Shown: piece by piece, positions 40,776 to 50,389 of the stretch
How positions within the stretch are numbered: the stretch's first letter is position 1
Layout: the number at the start of each line of letters is the position of its first letter
DNA from: an uncultured Nitrospinota bacterium
Lineage (GTDB): Bacteria > Nitrospinota > Nitrospinia > Nitrospinales > JAJDAT01
Assembly: GCA_964570665.1 (NCBI GenBank)
Contig: CAZMZH010000001.1
Coordinates: 67,743-131,742, forward strand
Reading direction: 5' to 3'
DNA: 64,000 nucleotides
Notes under the pieces: model-generated
The model's database searches: none
What the model saw: only the letters and a program-made list of their open reading frames with translations
What the model was told of the DNA's origin: nothing
Position numbers and translations under genes: made by a program

Positions 40776-41114
40776 CTAAGAGTAATAAAGTCCATAACAA
40801 CAGAAAACATCTTTAATAGGCGATCGTTTTTGCCATGCTAGGCGGCGTTTTTTTTTGGGCGTCTTTGCTCCATTGCTTCCATTATAGGAAAGATCCGTTA
40901 ATTCCATTGCCATTGAAGAAAAATCGTTCAAATTTATCGCAGAAACATTGGGCATATTAATGGAAGAAATATCGGGTATATTCATTAAACTGTTAACCAT
41001 CTGATCCAAATTCTTAGTAAAGAAAAAAAAACCGATTCCAGAATCCAAATTATAAAATCCACCATTTTCAGAATGGCGAACCGGTGGTTGGCTACTCATA
41101 ATATGAGACTCCAT
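40776..41114 (-). CDS. hypothetical protein
   Basis: 112-aa ORF with no recognisable motif and a basic patch KKKRRLAWQKR. Coding status is uncertain. Confidence 0.3.
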   Translation of the reverse strand: MESHIMSSQPPVRHSENGGFYNLDSGIGFFFFTKNLDQMVNSLMNIPDISSINMPNVSAINLNDFSSMAMELTDLSYNGSNGAKTPKKKRRLAWQKRSPIKDVFCCYGLYYS

Positions 41115-41496
41115 TTTCTTAAAAACATGATGGAAATATCCGTTTGGATTAAGCAGTATGGCGCTTGAATTCCTCCCGATTGTTAAAAATTTCTATATTT
41201 CTTTTGTTAAATTCCCAAAAAATAAATTTTGTATTTGGTTTAATTTTATAGTCAGCTCATATTCTAGGATTTTATTGAGGCCAGTCAGACCTCCAACGCC
41301 GACTAGATGCTTTCCGCTTTTTTGGCTTCATTAATCTTCAACTTTTTCTTGAGAAAAGGTTTTATCTAAAACGTCTGTTTTTAAGTTCTCTAAACAAACC
41401 TTTTTAGCTAATTTGACGTTTTAAATTTTTTAACGCACTATCAACCTGATTTTGATAAACGAGTACCTGCAAAATAAGCGCTCTCAGTTTTTAGTT

Positions 41497-41673
41497 TTAT
41501 ATTATTGGGATCTGATTTTCAGAAGATATTGCTTTCCGCCTCCTTGGCTCCCTTTTGTTTTTCAAAAAAAGGTAAGGAGATTCAAATTGCTTTTCAGAAC
41601 GAGAGCTCAATGCCTCCACAGAAATCACTTCTTTCAGATTCCCGTAACCATCATATACTCTAACCTCATTCAT
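41497..41673 (-). CDS. hypothetical small basic protein
   Basis: The ORF track gives 41497-41703. I prefer the internal ATG at 41673 (MNEVRVYDG...) because aggtga lies 5 nt upstream. Confidence 0.35.
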   Translation of the reverse strand: MNEVRVYDGYGNLKEVISVEALSSRSEKQFESPYLFLKNKREPRRRKAISSENQIPII

Positions 41674-41764
41674 ATAATCACCTCGTTTTAGATGTTTATC
41701 CAATGTCCAACTGGGAAAAAGCCGATTGCATTAAGTAATAATTTTTAGTCAATAGAATGTATTT

Positions 41765-41965
41765 TTATACTTTATCTAATACCGATTTTAATTTTTTCGC
41801 GGCATTTTCATTAGCAAGTTTTTCTCCATCAGAAAATTCCAATTTATAATATTCAAATCTACCTGATGCAATTTTCCTACGTTTTTCAGCCTCTTCTGCC
41901 AATTGCCCGAATTCATCAATTAATTCTTGCACAATCTCTTTCATTGTCTTTGAGGTTTCTATCAT
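41765..41965 (-). CDS. hypothetical small acidic helical protein
   Basis: 66-aa ORF, Glu/Lys-rich and probably helical. Lies 61 nt upstream of the ORF-track start (41703) of the 41497 ORF on the same strand. Confidence 0.35.
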   Translation of the reverse strand: MIETSKTMKEIVQELIDEFGQLAEEAEKRRKIASGRFEYYKLEFSDGEKLANENAAKKLKSVLDKV

Positions 41966-42058
41966 TATTCAACATGCCTAATTAAGGTTTAGAAATAAAA
42001 GACGATTGACGCCATACTTTTCAGATCAACAAACCATTAACGATTTTTTATTGGCTCG

Positions 42059-43147
42059 TTAGGCTACTGCGAACCTATTACTACAATCCACAAACTGCTT
42101 TCTAACAAATGGAGAAGTCATAGCCGCAAGAAGACCAGCATAATCTAAGTTAAACTTCACTTCTTCTCCAACTTGTAAATTTTGATCTTTACTCTCAAGG
42201 ATAATATGATCGCTACTAGATCCTATAATTTCTAGTTTGTTATTTTTTTTTAAGCTAGATACCAAAGCGTCTTGCCGACCTAAAGCAATTATCGCTCTTT
42301 GACGAATTCCTCGATCTTGAAAACTCGGAACATTTCCGAAAGCGTCTTGACAAATCTCGCCAAATGGAAGGGATGTTTTTTTCTTTGACTCGATAACTTC
42401 GGCAAAGAGTTGGAATGCGCTCGTGTGTAAACCAGGAATCGCTTTTCGATTCAAAGTTTCACAACCTAAAAGAATGGATTCGCCTAAGCGAAGATTGTTA
42501 ATCTTTCCGACATCCTTCGTCGACTTATACCACTCATAATTTGCAGAATTTCCACCCGAAACTATTTCCAAACTAATTTGAAATTCTTTTTCGATATGGT
42601 TTACAAGTTCGGATAGTTCTTCCATATTTTTATCATCTGGTTTCACACCTCCATAACAAGCCAAATTACAGCCAATCCCAATAATTTTTATATGAGATAA
42701 AGTGAGAGTTTCCCTTATAAATTGAAGAAGATCGCAGGGCAGTATTCCTTCGCGCAGATCGCCCAACTCCACCATAATAATGACTTGATGGTTTTTATTC
42801 TGCGCTTTAGCAAAATGGGAAAGTTTTTTAAGAGTCTTGATCTCGGTATTTAGACTAATAGCCACGCTTTGAACAACAGATTCAGCCTGACTTAAAGGCG
42901 TTCGTAGAAGAACAAACTTAGCGGATACCCCTGCATTCTCCATTTTCTGGATATTTTCGATACGAGAGTCGGCAATAAATCTAACGCCTCCTTGAATCAT
43001 TGCCTCGGCAATTGAAGGTTCGCCTAGTACCGCTTTTGAAACCCCCATTATCGAAATACCTTTTTGCCCATAAAGTTCGGTTAATATCTGAGCATTATCC
43101 TTTATTTGGGATAAGGCAATTTCTATTCTGGGCATGAAAGATTTCAT
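42059..43147 (-). CDS. PLP-dependent amino-acid racemase, alanine/ornithine racemase-like (COG3457 type)
   Basis: 362 aa. N-terminal ...ISIMGVSKAVLGEP (PLP-Lys context), TIM-barrel-like length, and a C-terminal beta domain. Confidence 0.65.
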   Translation of the reverse strand: MKSFMPRIEIALSQIKDNAQILTELYGQKGISIMGVSKAVLGEPSIAEAMIQGGVRFIADSRIENIQKMENAGVSAKFVLLRTPLSQAESVVQSVAISLNTEIKTLKKLSHFAKAQNKNHQVIIMVELGDLREGILPCDLLQFIRETLTLSHIKIIGIGCNLACYGGVKPDDKNMEELSELVNHIEKEFQISLEIVSGGNSANYEWYKSTKDVGKINNLRLGESILLGCETLNRKAIPGLHTSAFQLFAEVIESKKKTSLPFGEICQDAFGNVPSFQDRGIRQRAIIALGRQDALVSSLKKNNKLEIIGSSSDHIILESKDQNLQVGEEVKFNLDYAGLLAAMTSPFVRKQFVDCSNRFAVA

Positions 43148-43170
43148 TGATTCTTTCCAGACGGTACCGT

Positions 43171-44310
43171 CTATGCCGTTTCTAACACAGGAATTTTTTC
43201 TAAACTCTTTAGCTTGATTTTATGGTTAAGTTTTGGAAAATGACTTCCCAAGGTTTGGACAAGTTTTTGACATCCATGGCTCAATACATCTGTTGTAGGT
43301 AGTTGAAACTTCTTCTCATAAACCGCTACGATTTGCCGCATTGCCTCCTCTGTTAAGTTCTCATGGCTTAATGCAATAGCCATCACTTTAGCTTTAGAAA
43401 TTTCTTCAATCAGCTTAATTTCATGTGGAATAGTCGGCATTGCCAGGTTTGGAAAATCGCATCGAAATTTTCTAGCCGGTGGATGTTGAAGGATAACGCC
43501 ATCCGGCATACTTCCTTTCAAAATTCCAAGAGATCCCATAAAAGCGGGATGACTAACTGAACTCTGACCTTCGACTAAAATAATATCAGGCTTTTCATTT
43601 TCAAATGCCTGAACAACGGAGTTTTCTATTTCGCCCACTACAAACTGGGCAATAAGAGCGTCAATTGCTACCCCATACTTTGCTCCTTGAATCAAGCTAG
43701 TTTGACCTGTCGCGATGAGTACCGACTTTATACCAAGATTATTTAAAACCTTGTTAAGCTCCACTGCGGTAGTCATTTTTCCACAAGCGCAATCCGTGCC
43801 CAATAAAGCAATTACAGGAACATTTACTTCGGATATTCGGCCCGTAAAGACATGCAAATCTTTTAACTCCGGAGGTTTTCTGATGTCTTTAATTTGAACA
43901 CCGTTTTGGGCGGCGCTCAGGGAGAGCTCTTGATCATCAGAAAAGAATTGGTGAAGACCGTTAATTATGTCCATTCCATTTTCCATAGCTTCTAATATTA
44001 GAAGCCGTTCTTTATTTGATATATAAGTATCTAACGGAGCTTTCCCGTAAATATAACAATTCGGAACCTCTGTAAGTTCGCTCAGAGCATCGTCTAAATC
44101 GGCAAAAATGGGAATACCGTCCCTTTCTTCGCCTAATGCTTCGCCTGCATCCTTACCAGCTAACGAACTATCAATAACGCCAACAATTGTATAGAGTTCA
44201 GATTGTCTTATTAATGCCGCAGCCGTTTTTCCATCCACTAAACCAAATTGACTCTCACAATAAACCAAGGCTGTTTTTTTCTCCTCGGATATTAAATTAA
44301 TTTCTATCAT
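43171..44310 (-). CDS. DUF1611 family protein (P-loop-like GTDCxxGK motif)
   Basis: 379 aa. LLGTDCACGKMTTA and VEGQSSVSHPA blocks match DUF1611/COG3367 as I remember it. Lies 23 nt upstream of the racemase on the same strand. Confidence 0.65.
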   Translation of the reverse strand: MIEINLISEEKKTALVYCESQFGLVDGKTAAALIRQSELYTIVGVIDSSLAGKDAGEALGEERDGIPIFADLDDALSELTEVPNCYIYGKAPLDTYISNKERLLILEAMENGMDIINGLHQFFSDDQELSLSAAQNGVQIKDIRKPPELKDLHVFTGRISEVNVPVIALLGTDCACGKMTTAVELNKVLNNLGIKSVLIATGQTSLIQGAKYGVAIDALIAQFVVGEIENSVVQAFENEKPDIILVEGQSSVSHPAFMGSLGILKGSMPDGVILQHPPARKFRCDFPNLAMPTIPHEIKLIEEISKAKVMAIALSHENLTEEAMRQIVAVYEKKFQLPTTDVLSHGCQKLVQTLGSHFPKLNHKIKLKSLEKIPVLETA

Positions 44311-44467
44311 TATTACTTTCCATTTATTCTCATTTTTTAATGAAACTTCTTAGTAAGAACTAAACTTCATTAAAGTCTAAGATTTATGTTATTCGAAACC
44401 TATGTAGTACCCACCTAAACCTTTGAAACCTTCAGAACAATATGCCATTCAAATAAAAAGAATTGCA

Positions 44468-44884
44468 TCACTTTTCATTTTTTTTGTAAGAGGAGGATAA
44501 GTCTTCCAATTTTCTATCAATCTCACTAATAGCTCGATCAATGTCATTAACCTTAGATTCGATGTATCCCGATAATCTTTCTATAGTATTAATCCCATCT
44601 GAATTTTTAATTGAGTTTTTCCTGGCGAAATAACAGTCGGAACTATTTTTATTTAGTTCCACTGAAGTACTTTCCTTAGCGTTTACGTCAGATGGATTAA
44701 TCCATGGGCTTAATCCGTTCAGAAATAACCCACATATAAGAACAATCATTAAAAATTTTATATTGCGATCGACATTCATGATTCTCTCCATAGATATTAA
44801 GGCCGCATGGTAATCTGAACGTTCATCAACAGAAAACCTGCCCCACTTTTTCGTTTTATTGGCTTTATTTTCCTGAATTACCAA
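44468..44884 (-). CDS. hypothetical single-pass membrane protein with C-terminal coiled-coil
   Basis: 138 aa with a TTG start 3 nt after the upstream stop; alternative internal ATGs exist. One hydrophobic helix (FLMIVLICGLFLNGL). Confidence 0.4.
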   Translation of the reverse strand: MVIQENKANKTKKWGRFSVDERSDYHAALISMERIMNVDRNIKFLMIVLICGLFLNGLSPWINPSDVNAKESTSVELNKNSSDCYFARKNSIKNSDGINTIERLSGYIESKVNDIDRAISEIDRKLEDLSSSYKKNEK

Positions 44885-44887
44885 TCA

Positions 44888-45400
44888 TTATTTATCACGC
44901 GGCTGTCTGGGCACCGTATAACCAAGTTTTTTACAGCGCTCTCGCACTGAGCGGAAAGGCATACCTTCGGCAAGAACATAACGCTCTGCGCGAATAAACC
45001 AAAATGCCAAGCCACCCGTATTGTGACTGGGTTGCGACGGATTGCTTCCTGCCCGAACGCCTAATGATCCTTTTCGACCTGTTTTCTGCCAACCACGGGA
45101 CTCCATGATCATACGAACAACTACGCCAATAGCTTGTCTTAATCGTTTGCTTCTCTGAATGTGAACTTCTGTCAAAAACTGGTCTACAGCTAGATTGGAT
45201 TCAAGCTCCCGAACAACGCCTGCTAAAGGAGGCCTATCATGGTGAATTTCAGATTCTTCCATTCGGCGTTGCCTGTCTTCATTATTAAAGAACTCAAGAA
45301 CTGCTTCAAAAGTCTGATCTTTATCTTTCACAACATCGGAAAACGTCCTACCTTGGGGGTCTTCGAGGAATTTATCGAGTGTGATCTTAATGCTTGGCAA
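44888..45400 (-). CDS. hypothetical protein, visibly GC-richer than its surroundings
   Basis: 170 aa with no motif I recognise. The DNA is noticeably richer in G+C than flanking genes (by eye). Confidence 0.5.
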   Translation of the reverse strand: MPSIKITLDKFLEDPQGRTFSDVVKDKDQTFEAVLEFFNNEDRQRRMEESEIHHDRPPLAGVVRELESNLAVDQFLTEVHIQRSKRLRQAIGVVVRMIMESRGWQKTGRKGSLGVRAGSNPSQPSHNTGGLAFWFIRAERYVLAEGMPFRSVRERCKKLGYTVPRQPRDK

Positions 45401-45560
45401 TTTGGATTCGGCTTATCGATGTTAATGTCACATTACTATATTTGAACATACAAATTTTGTACCTTCATATATTGTATCTTTTATTTCAGAAAAAGCAAAA
45501 CAATTGTTTGAAAAGATGATGTACAACAAATTTGAAAATTTTAATGTAGAAGTTTTTTAG

Positions 45561-45605
45561 AGGAGGAAATTTCTATCGAATTTATATCAAGGTTTTATCA
45601 AGGTC
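45561..45605 (+). repeat. dispersed repeat X, partial copy B (3' core only)
   Basis: aggaggaaatttctatc + 11-nt insertion gaatttatatc + aaggttttatcaaggtc. It matches the core of copy A (38955-38988). Confidence 0.65.
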
Positions 45606-45869
45606 CAAAATAGAAAATTTTTATTAGAAAAGTGATAAAATCTTCCAACTCAATCTTGTAAGATCAAGATTTAAGTTATAATTTTATTTTGGGTTATTTC
45701 CTTCTAGTGTTAACTTTTGGTTTTTTCAACAAATCTTCCAAACTGTTTTTGACTGTTTTGTTTGATCCCCAAACAAACTTTCAAATTTATTTGGATAAAT
45801 TTACACCGGTGAATTCTCTTGGATATTCTTAAATTAATAATTTAATTAAAAATTAAGGTTGGTTTAACT

Positions 45870-46547
45870 ATGGGCTTTGACAAAATAAAGTTTTGGGAAA
45901 ATAAAATTCTAGCTTGGGAAAAAGATAGGTATCGCATTGAAGAGGGTGAGAGTACGGTGAAAACGGACTCTAGCCATATCGCTGGATCTTCTTTACAATT
46001 TAGGTTTGAAAAAGCTGCAGAATTACTAAAACCCCATTTAGCCGGGAAAAAAATTCTCGACATAGGATGCGGTACCGGAATTTTCTATAATGAATTACAA
46101 GATGCCAACTTAGCCCATTATTATGGAGTTGATTTTGCTGAAAACGCGATCTTAGAAGGGAAAAAGAAAATTGAAGGCACCGAAAAAGAAAAAAAATGTT
46201 CTCTTTTTGTAGGAAATATTGACGATTTTGATTTTCCCGAATGCGATGTAGTTGTTGCTTTGGGCGTTTTAGAGTGGCTAGAAAATGACGAATTAGAAAC
46301 CCTTTTCAAAAAAACCTATCCTCGAAAGTTTCTTTTTCCAATTGCAGAAAAGAGAGTTTCAATTACTCGCTGGATACATTCTATATACGTTTTTTTTTCG
46401 TATGGCTGGAAATCTCAAGGTTACGTTCCAAAATACCATACAACAGAAGAGATAATAGAAATTGCCGAAGCGGTTGGCTATAAGGATATAAAAATCTTAA
46501 GACATCCACGGTTGAGATTTGGAACCTTTCTTTATTATCTTGATTAA
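45870..46547 (+). CDS. class I SAM-dependent methyltransferase
   Basis: 225 aa. ILDIGCGTGIF (motif I) and VVVALGVLEWL (motif II-like). Confidence 0.7.
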   Translation: MGFDKIKFWENKILAWEKDRYRIEEGESTVKTDSSHIAGSSLQFRFEKAAELLKPHLAGKKILDIGCGTGIFYNELQDANLAHYYGVDFAENAILEGKKKIEGTEKEKKCSLFVGNIDDFDFPECDVVVALGVLEWLENDELETLFKKTYPRKFLFPIAEKRVSITRWIHSIYVFFSYGWKSQGYVPKYHTTEEIIEIAEAVGYKDIKILRHPRLRFGTFLYYLD

Positions 46548-46628
46548 TAAACTATTATTCATTTTGTTTTTTTCCATCCTAAAAGTTTCTTTCCTGTAAA
46601 AATAATAAGTTATAGGTTTAACTTAAAT

Positions 46629-46662
46629 AAAAAAGGGTTTATGAAATATCTTCATAAACCCT
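46629..46662 (-). terminator. intrinsic-terminator-like hairpin following the pseudo-tRNA end
   Basis: Perfect 12-bp stem agggtttatgaa/ttcataaaccct with a 5-nt loop, followed on the minus strand by a T-run. Confidence 0.6.
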
Positions 46663-46674
46663 TATTAAATTTGA

Positions 46675-46708
46675 TGAGCCGTGAAGGAATCGAACCTGTA
46701 AGGTTACA
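46675..46708 (-). repeat. pseudo-copy of tRNA-Lys 3' end (att-like), copy 2
   Basis: tgagccgtgaaggaatcgaacc (22 nt, identical to 60651-60672), then tgtaaggttaca. The T-stem 5' half is absent, so no cloverleaf is possible. Confidence 0.8.
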
Positions 46709-46883
46709 GAGTCGGCATTCCCATTTTGAGAGCTATATAAATCAACTAGTTACTGAGGTCGCTCGTTGCCAATGTGTCCCAAAACGTTTTAAAATGGCCT
46801 ATTACGCCACGCAATATCCGGACAAAATATTATAAGCGCTCTCCCTTCCCAAGTTTCATAGAACTAGGAGCCTAAATTCCCTT

Positions 46884-47990
46884 CTATTGAGTTTGGCGCC
46901 TAGATGAAATAATGTCATGAAGTGATTCAGCAAATTTATTGTTTCCAAATGGAGATAAATGAGCAAAATCACCTTTAAGGTACAGTAATTCATGGTCCAA
47001 ACCTTTATTTTGAACCACCGAAGTGAAATCTAAATATGGAAGATTTAAGACACTTAATTTTCTTTTTAGAAATCGATAATATTTATACTGTATTAACGAA
47101 GATTTATCATATTTTTGGATTGATTCCCCATGTCCAGATTGAACTTTTTTTTCAGTCATTAAATAGTCTTCCTCTGAATCAAACAAATACACTTGTGTGG
47201 CAGGCCAAATCACAAACATCAAATTTGCGTTTTTTGCAATTGCCAAATCTTTAATTTTTAATAAAAGTACAGTCAATACATAATCTAATTCTTGTAGCGA
47301 CTTTAAAGATTTTGGCCGACAGATTTTTTTTCGAAAATAAGAAAATATTGATTGACGCAATATCCAACTTTTCGAAAATAAATTAGCGCAAGAAAACCTA
47401 GAAATATTTTTATTAAATAAAATTAAATTATTTGATTGAATAAGTTCTTCTTTTTTAAATTGGTCGTCACGAACCCCAAAAAGAGGTTTACTTTTTCCAT
47501 ACTCAGTATCCCTAGATAAATTTTCCAAATCGTTTCCAGAGAAAATAACCACTACAATGGTTTTTGGATTTAATGTTTTTATATGTCGTTTTAAGTGTAA
47601 ATAATACTGACCAATCCCATATCCAGATACTCCCAGATTTAATACTTGAAGATCGGCCACTTTTTGGCTCAGAAAATGAGATACTGTTTCAGTATCATCC
47701 ACTCCATAACCCCAGACAACTGAATCTCCAACTAAAAGTAAATGTCTTTTTTTAAAATCTATTTCCGAAGACCGAAACCCCAATGAGTTTGTTGAATAGG
47801 TTGTTCTACCCTTTTTAACTTTTTTATTCGAATAGTTAGTCCAACCTAATTCCGAATCAAATTTAGTGTTAACGTCGTGCCAAAATTTTTCCCGAAAATA
47901 ATACTCTAAAAAGCATAAACTCGCTATCAAGCCAATTAAAATTGAAACTATCAGCAAACGGATTTCTTTTTTCTTCTGAATCATCTTCAA
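46884..47990 (-). CDS. SGNH/GDSL-family hydrolase with N-terminal membrane anchor
   Basis: 368 aa. Block I LLVGDSVVWG, block II LGVSGYG, block III FSGNDL, block V DFAH. Confidence 0.7.
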   Translation of the reverse strand: MKMIQKKKEIRLLIVSILIGLIASLCFLEYYFREKFWHDVNTKFDSELGWTNYSNKKVKKGRTTYSTNSLGFRSSEIDFKKRHLLLVGDSVVWGYGVDDTETVSHFLSQKVADLQVLNLGVSGYGIGQYYLHLKRHIKTLNPKTIVVVIFSGNDLENLSRDTEYGKSKPLFGVRDDQFKKEELIQSNNLILFNKNISRFSCANLFSKSWILRQSIFSYFRKKICRPKSLKSLQELDYVLTVLLLKIKDLAIAKNANLMFVIWPATQVYLFDSEEDYLMTEKKVQSGHGESIQKYDKSSLIQYKYYRFLKRKLSVLNLPYLDFTSVVQNKGLDHELLYLKGDFAHLSPFGNNKFAESLHDIISSRRQTQ

Positions 47991-48315
47991 AACTATTTAT
48001 ATCTGAGATAAAAAAGCAAAAAACACCTAAAGAAAAAAAATCATAACTTATTTTTTTCAATAGAAGTAATGCCGCAGATGTTAGAGCAAATAAAAAAAAT
48101 TTAATCGAAGTTTTCTGACTGAAATACTTTTCTAATAAAGGTTTAAATATTAATTCCAAGTTAAATTTAATATTCTAAAATATTGATACACGAATACCAT
48201 CATAGAACCTATTGAAATATAAAAATTACCATTAACCTATAACTCACTGAATATATATCAGTTGCTCTTCAAAATCTTAAAACTTTATTTTTCAATTAAA
48301 TTCCGAAATCCAAAT

Positions 48316-48348
48316 AAAAAGGGTTTACGATTCTAATTCGTAAACCCT
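48316..48348 (-). terminator. intrinsic-terminator-like hairpin following the pseudo-tRNA end
   Basis: Stem gggtttacga/tcgtaaaccc with a 7-nt loop plus a T-run on the minus strand. It differs from the 46.6-kb hairpin by a compensatory T-A to C-G change. Confidence 0.6.
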
Positions 48349-48363
48349 TCAAAAATAAATTGA

Positions 48364-48420
48364 TGAGCCGTGAAGGAATCGAACCTGTAAGGTTATACCT
48401 TCAACCTATTGATCAAGAGT
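48364..48420 (-). repeat. composite pseudo-copy of tRNA-Lys 3' part (att-like), copy 3
   Basis: tgagccgtgaaggaatcgaacc (identical to the tRNA 3' end) + tgtaaggttata + ccttcaacctattgatcaagagt (1 mismatch to the tRNA anticodon-arm region). Confidence 0.8.
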
Positions 48421-48780
48421 TTTCAAATAACCATTTTAATAAGGGTTTGAATTTGGTCTGGTTTTCGGAAATGCTTTAAAAATAAGAGGTTCTTAGATTT
48501 CTATTTATTCTTAAATTTCTTGTCGTCCTTAAAAAAAGTAAAATTTTTGGCAGGATTTTGGCAGAGTTGGTTAAACCCTTGACCACTTATGATGAGCAAA
48601 GGCCAACTGGATAAAAAAATGAACTCTAAAATTGGTCAGAGTGGCTCCAAGGAACCATCCTTTTGTTTCCGGCGTGGAGAATCGGCAGGCTAATTCTAAA
48701 TTAGAAGCTGCCTAAGACTGGAGGGAATAATTCCTATAATAATGATGTCCCTTTCCTTCAAATATGGATTGTTTTTTTGA

Positions 48781-50142
48781 TCACAATATTTCTATGGAGT
48801 GAAAAAAAACCAACAGAACTAAAATAGGAGCTAACAAACCAGCCGATAATCTCCATAGCCAAAACCCATTGCTCTCTTGGATTCCAAATTCATTCAGGAT
48901 TGATTTTTTGGATATCACCCAGGATGCAAAAATGGCAATTAAAATTCCGCCCAGTGGCATCATAATATTTGTAACTAAATAATCTAAATTCTCAAAAAAT
49001 GTTTTTCCAAACAACGTTTGGTCCGACCAAAGGTTAAAAGATAAAACTGTACCAACTCCAAGAAACCAGCAGCTCCCCCCGCCTAGAACCGATGCTTTGT
49101 TCCTTGTCATGGCGTGATTTTCAACCAGCCAAACAATAGTGGCTTCTATCATTGAGATTGCCGAAGTGAAAGCCGCAAACAACAAAAATATGAAAAATAA
49201 GGTACCAAATACTCTTCCTCCAACCATATTTCCAAAGGCCACCGGTAGAGTGTTAAATATAAGCCCTGGACCTGATGCTGGTTCCAAGCCATGGGCAAAA
49301 ACTATGGGGAAGATAGCCAAACCCGCTAATATAGCTATAAATGTATCTGCTGTTGCAATAATAAAACAAGCTCTTGGAATTGATGTGTCTTTTGGCAAAT
49401 AGGATCCATAGATCATCATTGCTCCTGAAGCTAGACTAAGGGTAAAAAAGGCCTGCCCCATAGCTACCAGTATGCTCTCACCTGTCAGCTTGCTGAAATC
49501 CAAATCAAACATAAACCTGACCCCCTCCATAAACTTTCCAGTGGAGAAAGCATAACCAACAAGGATTAACATTAAGATTAACAATAAAGGCATAAGAATT
49601 TTGACAGCCTTTTCTATCCCAGTTTGAACTCCCTTTGCAACGACCACCATAGTTAGAAAAGTGAATAATGTATGCCAGAAGAGAAGGGTTTGAGGTTCAG
49701 ATAAAAATTGATTAAACAATTTTGTTGAGCCTTCCGGAGTGATGTTTTGAAACGTTCCCAATCCCATTTGAAATCCATATGAAAATACCCACCCAGAAAT
49801 AACGCTGTAAAAGGAAAATATAAAAAAACCTGAAAAAAGGCATATCCAACCTGTTCCAGACCATAAGGGATGACTTTTTTCTTCTTTCACGAGTTTGCGA
49901 ATAGAATTAATAGGGTTTTGACGTCCGTAACGTCCTATGGTGACTTCAGCAATAATAAGAGGCAAACCTAAAACAAGGACGCATATGAGGAATACAAAAA
50001 CAAACGCTCCACCTCCGTTTTCACCAGCTATATATGGAAATTTCCAAATATTTCCCAAACCAATTGCAGATCCTGTCGCAGCAAGAATGAAGGTAAATCT
50101 TGAAGACCATTCCCCATGAATTGATTTGCTTGGTTTTTCCAT
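48781..50142 (-). CDS. sodium-dependent transporter, neurotransmitter:sodium symporter (NSS/SNF) family
   Basis: 453 aa. AATGSAIGLGNIWKFPY signature and about 11-12 helices. Confidence 0.85.
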   Translation of the reverse strand: MEKPSKSIHGEWSSRFTFILAATGSAIGLGNIWKFPYIAGENGGGAFVFVFLICVLVLGLPLIIAEVTIGRYGRQNPINSIRKLVKEEKSHPLWSGTGWICLFSGFFIFSFYSVISGWVFSYGFQMGLGTFQNITPEGSTKLFNQFLSEPQTLLFWHTLFTFLTMVVVAKGVQTGIEKAVKILMPLLLILMLILVGYAFSTGKFMEGVRFMFDLDFSKLTGESILVAMGQAFFTLSLASGAMMIYGSYLPKDTSIPRACFIIATADTFIAILAGLAIFPIVFAHGLEPASGPGLIFNTLPVAFGNMVGGRVFGTLFFIFLLFAAFTSAISMIEATIVWLVENHAMTRNKASVLGGGSCWFLGVGTVLSFNLWSDQTLFGKTFFENLDYLVTNIMMPLGGILIAIFASWVISKKSILNEFGIQESNGFWLWRLSAGLLAPILVLLVFFHSIEIL

Positions 50143-50389
50143 TAATTTTGCCGAAAAAGTAAAAAAAGACCTGATAACAAGCTCTGCGTAGTTTCTTTCT
50201 ATAATTTAATCCTGTTCTGAAAATATTGGCCTTTAATTAAATTTTTTTAATGCTTAAAAGATCGCCATTCTATTAATTTGGACTAAATTATTAATAGAGA
50301 AGGAATTTAAATTTTCCAATTGTGAAAAGTAAAAAGTTTTGGTGATTTCCATCTAATAATATCAAAAATTTAACTTTCGAGGATCTATC

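Noticed and set aside
46675-46760. Possible additional functional tRNA gene (shares its 3' end and a terminator with tRNA-Lys)
   Set aside because: The reverse complement lacks the 5' half of the T stem (tacag cannot pair with ccttc). Upstream sequence does not form anticodon, D or acceptor stems. I treat it as an att-like remnant.
47869-48159. 96-aa minus-strand ORF overlapping the 5' end of the SGNH hydrolase gene, and the 64-aa ORF at 46641-46835
   Set aside because: The first is a low-complexity translation overlapping a better-supported gene start. The second spans the pseudo-tRNA and terminator sequence. Neither has a motif or a convincing RBS.
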